The notes under the pieces: generated by a model | What the model saw: only the letters and a program-made list of their open reading frames with translations | Databases searched by the model: none | What the model was told of the DNA's origin: nothing | Shown here: one piece after another, positions 49,857 through 59,576 of the stretch | Numbering within the stretch: the stretch's first letter is position 1 | How the letters are laid out: the number at the start of each line of letters is the position of its first letter | Assembly: GCA_017460175.1 (NCBI GenBank) | Contig: JAFUBO010000003.1 | Location: 17,150 to 81,149, forward strand | From: Bacilli bacterium | GTDB taxonomy: Bacteria; Bacillota_I; Bacilli_A; RF39; UBA660 | Direction of reading: 5' to 3' | Length of the DNA stretch: 64,000 nt | Program-made: the position numbers and the translations under genes

Positions 49857-52800
49857 ATGCGTAAAAAAATATTGTTATTACTTAGCATGTTTTTAATTAT
49901 GATTACAACATATGCATATTCAGCACTATCAACTTCTTTGGCAATAACTTCGGAGGTAAATATTAGACCATTAGCTGATATAAGAGTTAATGGAATAGCA
50001 TTAGATAGTACTCATGATTCTACTGTTAAATATGAAAGTACTTATTCAAGAAGTATAATATCTAGTGGTTTTGTATTACCAAATGCAGGATCAAGCATTA
50101 GTTATAGAGTTCATATAGATAATACAGGTGATGTGGATTACTGTATTTATGGTATTTCTACAAATACTACTAGTACAGGTTTAAATGTAGATACAGGAAG
50201 TTATAACTTACAAGATATAATACCTGCTAAAAGTTCTTTAGATTTAATAATAACTTATACTACATCTAATCCAAGTAGTGAACCAATAAATGTAATGAAT
50301 CAATTTGATTTTAGAAAAGTATTCCATGTAAGTTATAACACTGGAACTTCTCAAACAATACCTGAACAAATTAAATACGAAAGAGTGGATTTAACTTTAA
50401 CAAATACAAAACCTACTAAGCCTGGTAATACATTTAGTAGATGGAATACTAAGAGTGATGGAACAGGAGTTAATTATAATAGCGGAGCTACTTATACAGT
50501 GGATGAAGATGTAATATTATATGCACAATATACATTACAAACTTATAATATCACTTATGTGCTTGATGGTGGAACTAATAGTTCTAATAACCCAAGTACT
50601 TATACAACAAATTCAAATGATATTATATTAGATGATGCTAGTAAGACAGGATATGATTTTCAAGGATGGACTGGTAATGGTACTACGACACCAACAAAAA
50701 ATTTAGTATTACCAACTGGTTCTACAGGAGATAAGACATTTACTGCACACTTTAGTGATGTTACAGATCCAACAGTTACTGTAAAAGATCAAACAGGTAC
50801 TATAGATTATTTAACAACTGCTTATAATGTAGATGCAGCATGGGATGCTACTAGTGCAACTCCTACTGTATATATTAATGCAGAAGATACAGGTAGTGGT
50901 GTTAAGAAAATAGAATATGTATATAGTAATAGCACTACAGTACCTACAACTGGATGGACTGAAACAACTAATGGAGCTTTAAGTCAAGTAAAAGAACGTG
51001 GTAGTTATTATTTACATGTAAGAGTAACAGATAATGAAGATAATGTAACTACAGTAACAACTAAACCAATAACAGTAAGATTTAGAGTAGCTTATTATGA
51101 CGATTATAGTAAGAGTACAACTATATCAGAAAATCAATATTATACAGGAACAGCACTAACTTCTAGAACACCAACAGCAGTTACTGGTTATACATTTGAT
51201 GGTTGGTATAGTGATACAGCATTAACTCATAAAGTTGTTAATGCCAACACAAGTTATACACCAACTGCTTCAACAAAATTATATGGTAAATGGACATCTA
51301 CAAATTACACAATAAGTTATGCAATGAATAATGGACAAAATAATGAAAATAATCCAACAAATTATAATAGTGAAAGTGAAGCAATAACATTACAAGCACC
51401 AACTAAGACATTGATATTTAAAGGAAATTATAATGCAACAAGTGGAGCAAATGCTTCAAGCGGTAGTGGTGTAGCTATTGGATCTAATACAACAGCAAAT
51501 CAAACATTTACAGGTTGGACAGGAAGCAATGGAAATACTCCACAAACTACTGTAACAATACCAGCAGGTTCAACTGGAGATAAAGAATATACAGCACATT
51601 GGAGTGCAGTTGCACCTAATAAGTTACCAAAGGTAGAGAGAACAGGATATAGATGTGGATGGAATACAAGTAATAGTGGAACAACAATAGAGTATGCAAG
51701 TGAAGCTACAAATTATCCAACAAGTGCAATAAGTGAAGGTCAATCATCAACAGTTAATTTATATGCGGTATGTATACCAAACACATATAATATTTCATAT
51801 ACAATGAATGGTGGAACTAATCCAAGTACAAAACCAACAACTGCAACATATGATAGTGATGTTAATATAAGTAATCCAACAAAGATATTTACAGTTAATT
51901 TAGATGCAAATAATCAAGAGGCTGATATTAAAATTCAAGGTGGATATGATGTAATAAGTGTAAGTCAATCACAAACATTTGCAGGATGGAGTAGTACTAC
52001 AATAGGAAGTAATGCTAAGAGTGGTACAAGTACTAAACCAAGTGGAGCTTGGGATGGTAGTGCTACTACTAATAGTCATTTTATGAATTTAGTAGAATCT
52101 GGAACAGTAACAATGCTAGCAAACTGGACACCAGTAGATATTACTTTACCAAATGTTACTAAGACAGGATATTCATGTAAATTTAATACAAGTTCTAATG
52201 GAACAGGTACAGATTATGCAAGTGGAGCAACATATTCACCAAGTGCTACAGCAAATAGTGATACATTATATGCAATTTGTAGTCCAAATTCTTATACAGT
52301 AACTGCAAATGCAAATGGTGGAGATATACCTTCTACATCAGGTTGGACAGGAACAGGTGGAAGTTCTACTAAGTCAATAGTATTTGATACAAATTACGGG
52401 ACACTTCCAACTCCGACTAAAACTAGTTATACATTTGATGGTTGGTATAGAAATATAGTAAAAGCAGTAGATTTTAAAGATGCTACAGGTATTAATTCCG
52501 ATACAGGTGAACCAATTCATGCATCAAATTATTTTGCAACACCTAACTTAGTACCTATAAAATCTGGAATTACATTATATTCTAATTTAGAAATATGTGG
52601 AATATATTCATATGATTCAAATGGTGACTTTATAAAGAGAGAATCTAATTATTCTACAACTCATTCAATTTCAGCTAATGCTGCTTATATAAGAATTGAA
52701 GTTAAAAAGCAAGAAGGAGATATGAATTATTACTTAAATAATTTAGTAATAAGTGAATATCAAAATGCAGCTGATATAACTGATATAAGTAGTCAATTAA

Positions 52801-55800
52801 CAAGTTCAACAGTTTTAAAAATAGCTGTTGATCATAGTATTTTTGCTAAGTGGAGTATTAATAATATATCAACACCAGCAATAAGTGGTGGAACTACTAA
52901 AATATATGGTTCAAGTGATACAACTTTAACTTGTTCAGAAAATACAAGCTATGGACAAGGTATAACTAAATATTATTCATTTGGTTACGCTACAACTAAT
53001 GATGGTACACCAAGTAATTGGACTGAACCATCTACTTCAAATACATTTACTGTTGCAGAAAATGAATATGTAGGACAAAGATGGTATTCATGTAGAGTAT
53101 ATGCAACTGATGGTGTACAAACTACTTCAATAGTAGCAAGTTCACCATCAGCAGATACAGAACTAACAATAAATAATGCAAAAATTGTTTATAATCCTAA
53201 TGATTGTGGAACAATAAGTGGAACAAATCCTGCTTATGTTAAGAAAGGATCAACTGGAGTATACACTGGTATAAGAAATACTACAGCAGGAACAATAGCA
53301 ACTGCAACTCAAAGCGGATATACATTTACAGGATGGTATGATGGAACAACAAAAGTAATTAATGCAGATGGAACGATAGTTCCAAGTGCAGGTAATTGGA
53401 CAGATTCTTCTAGAAATTGGTTAATTACTGAAGATAAAACATTAGCTGCTCATTGCAGCGGTAATTCATTTACTATTGATTATGCAATGAACAATGGTCA
53501 AAATAATGCAAGTAATCCAACAAATTATAATATTACTGATACACCTATAACTTTAGGTCAACCAACAAAGACATTAACATTTATTGGACATACTAATTCA
53601 ACTAGTGGTGCTTATGGTACTGGAGTAACTATTGGATCTAATACAACAGCAAATCAAACATTTACAGGTTGGACAGGAAGTAATGGAAACACTCCACAAA
53701 CTAGTGTTACAATTACTGAGGAAACAGCTGGTAATAAGAATTATACAGCTCACTGGAGTGCAGTAGCTCCTGATACATTACCAACAGTAACAAGAAAGGG
53801 TTATACTTGCGGATGGAGTACAAGTAATAGTGGAACTACTATTGAATATGCAAGTGGTGCTACAAATTATCCAACGTCTTTGATTACAGAAGATATGAGT
53901 GCTACAGTTAACTTATATGCTGTATGTACTCCAAATATCTATTCAATAACATTAGATAATCAAGGTGCTGATACACCAGGAACTACAAAAGTTTATTATC
54001 AATATAATCAAACAAAAACTATTGATGGTACTAAGTGTTATTATTATTTAGATAGAGAATTAACTCAGTGTTTAAGAGGTGGATATTATATTGATAAACC
54101 TGCAAAAACAGGAAATACATTTGGAGGATATTATTCAAAAGTAAATGGTGCAGGAACAAGATATGTTACAACTTCTGCTGGATTTACTAATAGTATTTAT
54201 CAAAAAGCTCCTATTGATATAGATAGTAGTTATACAGATACAGATAATATTCCTTTATATGCTAAATGGACTCCTTATGCGTATAATATTTCTTATACGT
54301 TGAATGGTGGAAATGATCCAAGTCCAAAACCAACAAAAGGAAATTATGGTAGTGATGTAGTTATTGGTAATCCAACAAAGACATTTACAATTAACATTAA
54401 TGCAAATAGTCAAGGTGCAACAATAAGTTCAAATACTGTTACAAAGTCAATAACATTTGCAGGATGGAATAGTACAACTATTTCTGATACAGCAAAAACT
54501 GGTACAAGTGCTGATCCAACTACAACATGGGATGGTAGTGCTACTACTAATACATACTTTAAAAATTTAAGAAATACAAATGGAGCAACTGCTACAATGA
54601 TTGCTAATTGGGCACCTACGGATATAACATTACCAACTATTGAAAAAACTGGTTATACATGTGGATTTGCTACAAGTAGTAGTGGATCAATAGCATATGA
54701 AAGTGGTGGTACATATACATCTACAAGTGCATCAAGTGTAACTTTATATGCAAAATGTACTAAGGAAAATTATACAATTACTTATAGTATGAATAATGGT
54801 ACAAATAATAGTAATCCAACTAGTTATAATGTTGAAAGTAGTGCTATTACATTAGCAGCACCAACTAAGACATTAACATTTGTAGGACATTCTAATTCAA
54901 CAAGTGGAGCTGAAGGAACTGCTGTATCTATTGGATCTAATACAACACAGGATCAAACATTTGCAGGTTGGACAGGAAGTAATGGAAATACTCCACAAAC
55001 TGCTGTAACAATAGCGACAGGTTCAACTGGAAATAAAGAATATACTGCTCACTGGACAGGAGTAGCGGCAACACTTCCTACTGTAACTAAAAAAGGATAT
55101 ACATGTGGATGGAGTACAAGTAGTAGTGGAACTACTATCGAATATGAAAGCGGTGGAACATTCCCAGTAAGTGCTATTACTGAGGATATGTCTACTACAG
55201 TAAATTTATATGCTGTATGTACAAGAAATAAGATAAAATTAACATTAGATCATGATGGTGGTACATCATCAACACAATACATGTGGTATTATTATGGTAT
55301 TAATACATTCTATTCAGATGAGACATGTACAAATATAATAACTTCTGTACCAGTACCAATTAAAACAGGTTATTCATTCTCTAGGTATGTAGCTGATGGT
55401 ACTAGTGGTGGATCTTCAGGAGAACGTTATATTTATAGTGATGGTACTTTTGCATCCGATTTATCTAGTGATATATGGAAGGATGCGACATTAACTGCAG
55501 AATGGAGTGCTAGATCTTATAGTATTTCATACACAATGAATGGTGGAGTTAATCCAGATCCTAGACCAACTAGTGCTACATATGATAATGCTGTAGAAAT
55601 TGGTACAACAGCACAAACAACAAAAACATTTACAGTTAATATTAATGCAAATAGCCAAGGAGCAACATTAAGTGATACTAGTTCAAGTGCAGCATTAACA
55701 TTTACAGGATGGAATAGTTCTACACTTGGTTCTACTGCATTAACTAGTAGTGATGGAACTACATATACAGCTTGGGATGGTACTTTAACGACAAATAAAT

Positions 55801-57626
55801 ACTTTAAGAATTTAAGAGAATCTGGAACAGCAACATTGATTGCTAACTGGACAGGTTCTGTACCATTACCAACTATTGAAAAAACTGGATATGTATGTAA
55901 ATTTAATACAAATTCACATGGTACTGGAACTGATTATGAAAGTGGAGGAATTTATACTCCAACTAATGGAACAGCTACAAGTACTACATTGTATGCTATT
56001 TGTAGTAAAGATGTTTATACAATTAGTTATGCAATGAATAATGGACAAAATAATCCTAATAATCCAACAACTTATAGTGTTGATGATAGTGATATTACAT
56101 TACAAGCACCAACTAAAACACTAATATTTAAAGGAAACTATAATGCAACAAGTGGGGCCAATGGTACATCTACTTATATAAACAGTATAGGTACTGATAC
56201 AACAGCAGATCAAACATTTGCTGGATGGACAGGAAGTAATGGAAATACTCCACAAACTAGTGTTACAATACTAACAGGTTCAACTGGAAATAAAGAATAT
56301 ACAGCACACTGGACAGGAGTAGCTGGAACAGTACCAACAATAACTCCAAAGACTAATTATATTTGTGGATGGAGTACAAGTAATAGTGGAACTACAATTG
56401 AGATAGCAAGTGGTGGAAGTTATGATGTTAGTAGAATAACTGAAGACATGAGTTCAACAGTTAACTTATATGCCGTATGTAGAAAAAAAGCATATAGTAT
56501 TAAATTTAATGCTAACGGTGGAACTGGAACTATGACAAATCAATCAATGACATTTGGAACTGTTGCTACATTAAAACAAAATGCATTCACAAGGTCAGGT
56601 TATGAATTTGTAGGATGGACTCGTAATAGTGATGGTACTGGAGTTATTTACACTGATTTTAATGGTAGAGCAGCAGCTTATTATGATCAAGAACAAATAA
56701 TGAGGGATTTGACTGAAACAGATGGTGATATAGTTAACTTATATGCACAGTGGAGAAAAACTAGTGGAGAAATTATATATAATGCTAATGGTGGAGCAGG
56801 AACAATGGCAAATCAAACAATCCCATTAGATGGATCATCTATTAATTTAACAGGAAATGCTTATTCTACTTCTCCAGGATATATATTTAATAAATGGAAC
56901 ACTAAAAGTGATGGAACAGGTTACAGTTATTCTAACGGTGCTTCTATGACAATTATGCCTAATATGTTTATAAATACTTCTAATCCATCATTACCAACTT
57001 CTACAATTTCTTATGCTTTAGCTGGTCAATGGGGTAAAACTTCAGATGAGCTTACTCCGTCATTAATATCAGTAAATAATAGCGGATTGCCTGTTAATAA
57101 AGCTTTTGTAATACCTCAAAATACAACTTCTAAACCATATTATTTATACTTAAATTATATGCTTACAGAAGTTGAGGAATATTATATTATAAGTATATAT
57201 GCGAAAGGTTCTGGTAATTTAATAATTAAAGCTGAAGCAGAGGGAAGTAGTACTAATGGTAAAACAAGTAGTTTTACATTGACAAATGATTGGCAAAGGT
57301 ATGAAATGAAGATTTATCCTACAAGGAGTATTAGAACGTCGGATAATGATGATGATGTATATGTTAATATCCATAAACAATTTAATGTTTACTTTGGTAC
57401 AGAATCTGGAAATGGTGAAGTTCAAATAGCAGGAGCTAAAATGGAAAAAGGATCTACTCATGCAACTGAATATATTGATTCTAATGCACAAATAAACTTA
57501 TATGCTCAATGGAGTAGAGTAATGGCTGAAAATATTTATTATGAACCTAAGTATGCTCCAAGTACTTGCCATGATGTTCAATGTACATTAGATTATATAG
57601 ATAGTATACTTAATGGTAATAGTTAA
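49857..57626 (+). CDS. giant (2589 aa) secreted surface protein: TasA-like N-terminal domain, at least 20 Listeria-Bacteroides (Flg_new) repeats, C-terminal beta-sandwich (CBM-like) domain, no LPXTG
   Basis: Signal/donor-like N-terminus 'ILLLLSMFLIMITTYAYSALSTSLAITS'. 'VLPNAGSSISYRVHIDNTGDVDY' is a TasA-like motif. Recurrent 'Y.I.Y..NGG....(GY.F.GW).....LYA.W' repeat units (for example 'YSIKFNANGGTGTMTNQ...SGYEFVGWTRNSDGTG...VNLYAQW'). Confidence 0.7.
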   Translation: MRKKILLLLSMFLIMITTYAYSALSTSLAITSEVNIRPLADIRVNGIALDSTHDSTVKYESTYSRSIISSGFVLPNAGSSISYRVHIDNTGDVDYCIYGISTNTTSTGLNVDTGSYNLQDIIPAKSSLDLIITYTTSNPSSEPINVMNQFDFRKVFHVSYNTGTSQTIPEQIKYERVDLTLTNTKPTKPGNTFSRWNTKSDGTGVNYNSGATYTVDEDVILYAQYTLQTYNITYVLDGGTNSSNNPSTYTTNSNDIILDDASKTGYDFQGWTGNGTTTPTKNLVLPTGSTGDKTFTAHFSDVTDPTVTVKDQTGTIDYLTTAYNVDAAWDATSATPTVYINAEDTGSGVKKIEYVYSNSTTVPTTGWTETTNGALSQVKERGSYYLHVRVTDNEDNVTTVTTKPITVRFRVAYYDDYSKSTTISENQYYTGTALTSRTPTAVTGYTFDGWYSDTALTHKVVNANTSYTPTASTKLYGKWTSTNYTISYAMNNGQNNENNPTNYNSESEAITLQAPTKTLIFKGNYNATSGANASSGSGVAIGSNTTANQTFTGWTGSNGNTPQTTVTIPAGSTGDKEYTAHWSAVAPNKLPKVERTGYRCGWNTSNSGTTIEYASEATNYPTSAISEGQSSTVNLYAVCIPNTYNISYTMNGGTNPSTKPTTATYDSDVNISNPTKIFTVNLDANNQEADIKIQGGYDVISVSQSQTFAGWSSTTIGSNAKSGTSTKPSGAWDGSATTNSHFMNLVESGTVTMLANWTPVDITLPNVTKTGYSCKFNTSSNGTGTDYASGATYSPSATANSDTLYAICSPNSYTVTANANGGDIPSTSGWTGTGGSSTKSIVFDTNYGTLPTPTKTSYTFDGWYRNIVKAVDFKDATGINSDTGEPIHASNYFATPNLVPIKSGITLYSNLEICGIYSYDSNGDFIKRESNYSTTHSISANAAYIRIEVKKQEGDMNYYLNNLVISEYQNAADITDISSQLTSSTVLKIAVDHSIFAKWSINNISTPAISGGTTKIYGSSDTTLTCSENTSYGQGITKYYSFGYATTNDGTPSNWTEPSTSNTFTVAENEYVGQRWYSCRVYATDGVQTTSIVASSPSADTELTINNAKIVYNPNDCGTISGTNPAYVKKGSTGVYTGIRNTTAGTIATATQSGYTFTGWYDGTTKVINADGTIVPSAGNWTDSSRNWLITEDKTLAAHCSGNSFTIDYAMNNGQNNASNPTNYNITDTPITLGQPTKTLTFIGHTNSTSGAYGTGVTIGSNTTANQTFTGWTGSNGNTPQTSVTITEETAGNKNYTAHWSAVAPDTLPTVTRKGYTCGWSTSNSGTTIEYASGATNYPTSLITEDMSATVNLYAVCTPNIYSITLDNQGADTPGTTKVYYQYNQTKTIDGTKCYYYLDRELTQCLRGGYYIDKPAKTGNTFGGYYSKVNGAGTRYVTTSAGFTNSIYQKAPIDIDSSYTDTDNIPLYAKWTPYAYNISYTLNGGNDPSPKPTKGNYGSDVVIGNPTKTFTININANSQGATISSNTVTKSITFAGWNSTTISDTAKTGTSADPTTTWDGSATTNTYFKNLRNTNGATATMIANWAPTDITLPTIEKTGYTCGFATSSSGSIAYESGGTYTSTSASSVTLYAKCTKENYTITYSMNNGTNNSNPTSYNVESSAITLAAPTKTLTFVGHSNSTSGAEGTAVSIGSNTTQDQTFAGWTGSNGNTPQTAVTIATGSTGNKEYTAHWTGVAATLPTVTKKGYTCGWSTSSSGTTIEYESGGTFPVSAITEDMSTTVNLYAVCTRNKIKLTLDHDGGTSSTQYMWYYYGINTFYSDETCTNIITSVPVPIKTGYSFSRYVADGTSGGSSGERYIYSDGTFASDLSSDIWKDATLTAEWSARSYSISYTMNGGVNPDPRPTSATYDNAVEIGTTAQTTKTFTVNINANSQGATLSDTSSSAALTFTGWNSSTLGSTALTSSDGTTYTAWDGTLTTNKYFKNLRESGTATLIANWTGSVPLPTIEKTGYVCKFNTNSHGTGTDYESGGIYTPTNGTATSTTLYAICSKDVYTISYAMNNGQNNPNNPTTYSVDDSDITLQAPTKTLIFKGNYNATSGANGTSTYINSIGTDTTADQTFAGWTGSNGNTPQTSVTILTGSTGNKEYTAHWTGVAGTVPTITPKTNYICGWSTSNSGTTIEIASGGSYDVSRITEDMSSTVNLYAVCRKKAYSIKFNANGGTGTMTNQSMTFGTVATLKQNAFTRSGYEFVGWTRNSDGTGVIYTDFNGRAAAYYDQEQIMRDLTETDGDIVNLYAQWRKTSGEIIYNANGGAGTMANQTIPLDGSSINLTGNAYSTSPGYIFNKWNTKSDGTGYSYSNGASMTIMPNMFINTSNPSLPTSTISYALAGQWGKTSDELTPSLISVNNSGLPVNKAFVIPQNTTSKPYYLYLNYMLTEVEEYYIISIYAKGSGNLIIKAEAEGSSTNGKTSSFTLTNDWQRYEMKIYPTRSIRTSDNDDDVYVNIHKQFNVYFGTESGNGEVQIAGAKMEKGSTHATEYIDSNAQINLYAQWSRVMAENIYYEPKYAPSTCHDVQCTLDYIDSILNGNS
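51305..51780 (+). repeat. intragenic about 480-nt repeat, family A copy 1 (other copies at about 53470-53940, 54770-55220, 56015-56480)
   Basis: Long identical runs shared between copies, for example 'caaacatttacaggttggacaggaag.aatggaaa.actccacaaact' and 'agttatgcaatgaataatggacaaaataat'. Confidence 0.6.
51785..52280 (+). repeat. intragenic about 500-nt repeat, family B copy 1 (other copies at about 54285-54780 and 55515-56010)
   Basis: Encodes 'Y.ISYTMNGG.NP...PT...Y...V.IGNPTK.FT.N..AN.Q.A......FAGW.S.T......T.....W.G..TTN..F.NL......T...ANW.P.DITLP...KTGY.C.F.T...G'. Shared DNA strings between copies. Confidence 0.55.
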
Positions 57627-57645
57627 TCTATATGAATAAGATATA

Positions 57646-57674
57646 AAAACAGCATAATATATGCTGTTTTTATT
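57646..57674 (+). terminator. intrinsic terminator of giant gene
   Basis: 'aaaacagcat-aatat-atgctgtttt' followed by 'tatt'. Confidence 0.55.
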
Positions 57675-57699
57675 GTGTTTGTGTTTTATTAATACAAAA

Positions 57700-57725
57700 T
57701 AAAATCAGTCTTGAGACTGATTTAT
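57700..57725 (-). terminator. intrinsic terminator for minus-strand paralog cluster
   Basis: 'aatcagtc-ttga-gactgatt', which is followed by a T-rich tract on the minus strand. Confidence 0.45.
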
Positions 57726-57749
57726 TATAGTTATTCATTTAATTTAATT

Positions 57750-58385
57750 TTATTTTATTTTCATTGCATATAAACGACCTGTTGTTCCAATTGCACTTCC
57801 ACTGTTTTGATAAGCACATAGATAAATTGTTCCACTAGTGTCTGCTATATCATATGGATAACTAGTAAATCCAATACGTGTATTTTGTCCGTTTACTGCA
57901 GGAACAATAGTATGAGCTGCTGCACTAAATTCAGTATCTGGACAAGAACTAGAATATGCTAGATATACTCTTCTATGACCTGTTGCGTTTGATGTAAAAT
58001 TCGCATTACCATTAATAATCCATCTACCTGGAGTTAATGTAATTTGAGCAATTCTAGTTTTAGTATCATTTGCTACTGAAACTTCATTTGGTTCTGCTGC
58101 TATACGTTCTCCTAGACTATTATATGCATTTACATAATTAATTATATCTTGTTGAAATTTAGTAGATACTTCAAGAGCATCTAACGCTGATTCTACTTCT
58201 TCAAATGGCAATTGAGAATTAGTATTATCATAACTAACCTTGTCACTATTAAAGTATATTGTAGCAGCGTATCCTATAGAAATGGAACCTATTATCATAC
58301 CTACAATGGAAAATAATATAGGTTGTATACTGTTACGTATAATTTCTTTTAATTTTATTTTCTTTTCATTATTTATTATTTTCAT
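57750..58385 (-). CDS. small secreted protein, paralog 1 of TasA-motif family (N-terminal signal anchor, C-terminal beta-rich domain ending GRLYAMKIK)
   Basis: 211 aa. 'IGSISIGYAATIYFNSDKVSYDNTNSQL' N-terminus, 'LTPGRWIINGNANFTSNATGHRRV' motif, 'YLCAYQNSG...GRLYAMKIK' C-terminus. Paralogous to the next two ORFs. Confidence 0.45.
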   Translation of the reverse strand: MKIINNEKKIKLKEIIRNSIQPILFSIVGMIIGSISIGYAATIYFNSDKVSYDNTNSQLPFEEVESALDALEVSTKFQQDIINYVNAYNSLGERIAAEPNEVSVANDTKTRIAQITLTPGRWIINGNANFTSNATGHRRVYLAYSSSCPDTEFSAAAHTIVPAVNGQNTRIGFTSYPYDIADTSGTIYLCAYQNSGSAIGTTGRLYAMKIK

Positions 58386-58393
58386 ATTATCAC

Positions 58394-59035
58394 CTATTTT
58401 ACATTAATTGCATATAAACGACCAAGAGTCGATAAAGCATTTGGACTAGTTTGATATCCACATAAATAATAAGTACTTGAAGCAGTAGAAACATAAGGTG
58501 CATTAAAAGAAAGATATGTATAGGTACCATTTACTGCGTTTTCTATAACAAACCACGAGTTACCAAGAATACCATCACAGTCACTATTTCTTGATATCCA
58601 TATTTCTCTATAACCTGTTGCGTTTGAATTGTATCTTGCAGCACCATTAATCATCCATTTACCTGCAGGTAGTGTAACACTGGCAAGTTGAGTAGCTGTA
58701 CCAGAAGGTACTGAAACAGCTGCTGGTTCAATAGATCTTAGTTGACCTTTAGGTGTATAAGCAGTTTCTAATGCAGCAGCATTATTCGTAATATCAACAT
58801 CATCACATAATTCATCTATTGCACTTTGTACATCAGTTGATGATAATGAACTATTAGTATTGTCATAGCCTACATTAATAGAATCATAATCATAAAGTGT
58901 AGCATATCCAACTGTAGTTGATCCTATTACTGCTCCTAAAATTCCTAATATCATTAGTGTTAAATTTCTTATTATAAAATTTTTTGATTTTTTTCTTTTC
59001 CATCTATTAATTTTATAATTTTTAAACATATTCAT
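58394..59035 (-). CDS. small secreted protein, paralog 2 (ends GRLYAINVK)
   Basis: 213 aa. 'VGYATLYDYDSINVGYDNTNSSLSSTDVQSAIDEL', 'LPAGKWMINGAARYNSNATGYREI', 'YLCGYQTSPN...GRLYAINVK'. Confidence 0.45.
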   Translation of the reverse strand: MNMFKNYKINRWKRKKSKNFIIRNLTLMILGILGAVIGSTTVGYATLYDYDSINVGYDNTNSSLSSTDVQSAIDELCDDVDITNNAAALETAYTPKGQLRSIEPAAVSVPSGTATQLASVTLPAGKWMINGAARYNSNATGYREIWISRNSDCDGILGNSWFVIENAVNGTYTYLSFNAPYVSTASSTYYLCGYQTSPNALSTLGRLYAINVK

Positions 59036-59054
59036 ATTATCACCTTTTTATAAT

Positions 59055-59576
59055 TTATTTTATTCTTATAGCATACATACGACCACCAGTTTCTAAAGTT
59101 GTTCCACTGTTTTGAAAACCACATAAATAATATGTTGTGGTTGTTACAGGTGTTTGGAAACCAGAAAATGAAATATTTGTATCTGTTAATGCAGCATTAC
59201 TATTTTTATAGAAAGCTGCTCCGTATGGTGAAGAACAAGTTGAATTACGCGATAGGAATATTTGTCTATAACCTGTTTGGTTGAATTCAAAATTTGCTGC
59301 TCCTTCAATAAACCATGTTCCACTTGGAACTTCAATACTCGCAAGTTTAGTAGATGTATTAGAAGATAATGAAATTGGATCTGCTAAATTACGTACCATA
59401 TCTCCAAAGTCATTATCATAATGATCTTTATAAGTATTATAAATAACAACATCTTCTCCATGATTCTCAATGAAACAATTACTAGATGAAGCACTATAAC
59501 CTAATCTTAATGCTCCGCCTATTATTGTGCATATTAATACAACAATTATATATTTTATATTTTTCTTAAATTTCAT
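59055..59576 (-). CDS. small secreted protein, paralog 3 (ends GRMYAIRIK)
   Basis: 173 aa. 'VPSGTWFIEGAANFEFNQTGYRQI', 'YYLCGFQNSG...GRMYAIRIK'. Shorter N-terminal region. Confidence 0.45.
   Translation of the reverse strand: MKFKKNIKYIIVVLICTIIGGALRLGYSASSSNCFIENHGEDVVIYNTYKDHYDNDFGDMVRNLADPISLSSNTSTKLASIEVPSGTWFIEGAANFEFNQTGYRQIFLSRNSTCSSPYGAAFYKNSNAALTDTNISFSGFQTPVTTTTYYLCGFQNSGTTLETGGRMYAIRIK

Noticed and set aside
49857-57626. CRISPR-like or IS-like repeats suggested by periodic DNA repetition
   Set aside because: The periodicity is 480-500 nt and protein-coding (Flg_new modules), not the 28-37-nt repeat-spacer structure of a CRISPR array. No transposase or terminal inverted repeats were seen.
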